In this document: piece by piece, positions 63,557 to 64,000 of the stretch
Position numbering within the stretch: the first letter of the stretch is position 1
Layout of the letters: each line of letters begins with the position of its first letter
From: an uncultured Alphaproteobacteria bacterium
GTDB lineage: Bacteria; Pseudomonadota; Alphaproteobacteria; RF32; CAG-239
Reading direction: 5' to 3'
NCBI GenBank assembly: GCA_944392205.1
Contig: CALXVV010000002.1
Location: 101,025-165,024 of the forward strand
DNA length: 64,000 bases
Program-made: the position numbers and the translations under genes
Notes under the pieces: generated by a model
Database searches by the model: none
Told to the model about the DNA's origin: nothing
Seen by the model: the letters and a program-made list of their open reading frames with translations, nothing else

Positions 63557-64000
63557 TTGATTTATAAGGCGGCGCAAATAGATAAATACCTCAAAAAGCC
63601 TGAGCCAAACATTAAAGGGTTTTTGGTCTATGGTAGCAATGAGGGGTTGGTGGCGGAATACGTGCGCAAACTCATTCTCACCGTTTCTAAGGATTTGTAT
63701 GATCCGTTTGCAGTTGTTTATCTTAATGGTGCCGATGTTAACTCTGATCCCGGTTTGATGATTTCTGAATATAACAGCCAATCCTTGATGGGTGGGCGCA
63801 GAGTTGTTATCATCAAAGATGCCGATAATAATCTGACCAAGCATTTGGCCGCAATGCTTGATAGCAGTTCTTCAGACACGTTATTGGTTATCTCGTCGGC
63901 TTCTCTTAACAAAAAATCCTCTTTAGTCAATTTGGCGGAAAAACGAGAAGATTTGGCAGCTATTGCTTGTTACGAAGACCGAGATGAAGATATTTTTTCT
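63557..64000 (+). CDS. holA: DNA polymerase III delta subunit, N-terminal part (runs off the window)
   Basis: TTG at 63557, 2 nt after the lptE stop. The frame is open to the window end: LIYKAAQIDKYLKKPEPNIKGFLVYGSNEGLV...VVIIKDAD is a typical HolA N-terminal domain. Not in the ORF track because there is no stop. Confidence 0.7.
   Translation, partial: MIYKAAQIDKYLKKPEPNIKGFLVYGSNEGLVAEYVRKLILTVSKDLYDPFAVVYLNGADVNSDPGLMISEYNSQSLMGGRRVVIIKDADNNLTKHLAAMLDSSSSDTLLVISSASLNKKSSLVNLAEKREDLAAIACYEDRDEDIFS

Noticed and set aside
1-64000. CRISPR arrays, rRNA operons, IS elements or transposases, retron or reverse-transcriptase genes, restriction-modification genes
   Set aside because: I scanned the intergenic regions and the ORF list. 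I found no regularly spaced direct repeats beyond the three tRNA-linked copies, no transposase, integrase or RT motifs, no terminal inverted repeats bracketing ORFs, and no rRNA-like stretches.

Overview
Gene-dense chromosomal segment. Gene content and local synteny look alphaproteobacterial: miaB-phoH-ybeY-corC-lnt, addB-addA-trxA, rsmA-surA-lptD-lptF/G, leuS-lptE-holA, grpE, rph-rdgB, tsaD next to a Mic60-like gene, and a DUF3576-like lipoprotein before leuS. That assignment is inference from families and order; no search was run. I support about 60 CDS, one tRNA-Arg(CCG), about ten rho-independent terminators and a few promoter or operator candidates. I saw no rRNA, CRISPR array, transposase or integrase. 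Most of the window is housekeeping. The non-housekeeping content, in order of interest: (1) a tightly coupled three-gene NuoE-like/NuoF-like/[FeFe]-hydrogenase operon (40283-44237) between LPS-transport genes and an oversized glycogen-synthase-like gene. (2) Three direct copies of the tRNA-Arg 3' end plus its terminator (8462-8915), which look like integration scars, followed by an AT-rich islet with a YrbL-like kinase-fold gene, a divergent XRE regulator and a perfect 18-bp palindrome. (3) A three-ORF operon (9848-10895) whose middle ORF is broken at an A8 tract, where a 1-nt correction restores an ATGA-coupled junction. (4) A 49-codon Cys-rich metallothionein-like ORF with a strong RBS, absent from the ORF track (13025-13174). 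(5) A tail-anchored protein-kinase-like protein lacking the catalytic Asp, divergent from a degenerate PAS-GGDEF protein (125-3398). (6) A GC3-rich single-gene insertion between xerD and rsmA (34277-34840). All product calls come from motif recognition by eye. Coordinates of starts shorter than the ORF track are my choices and are noted as such.
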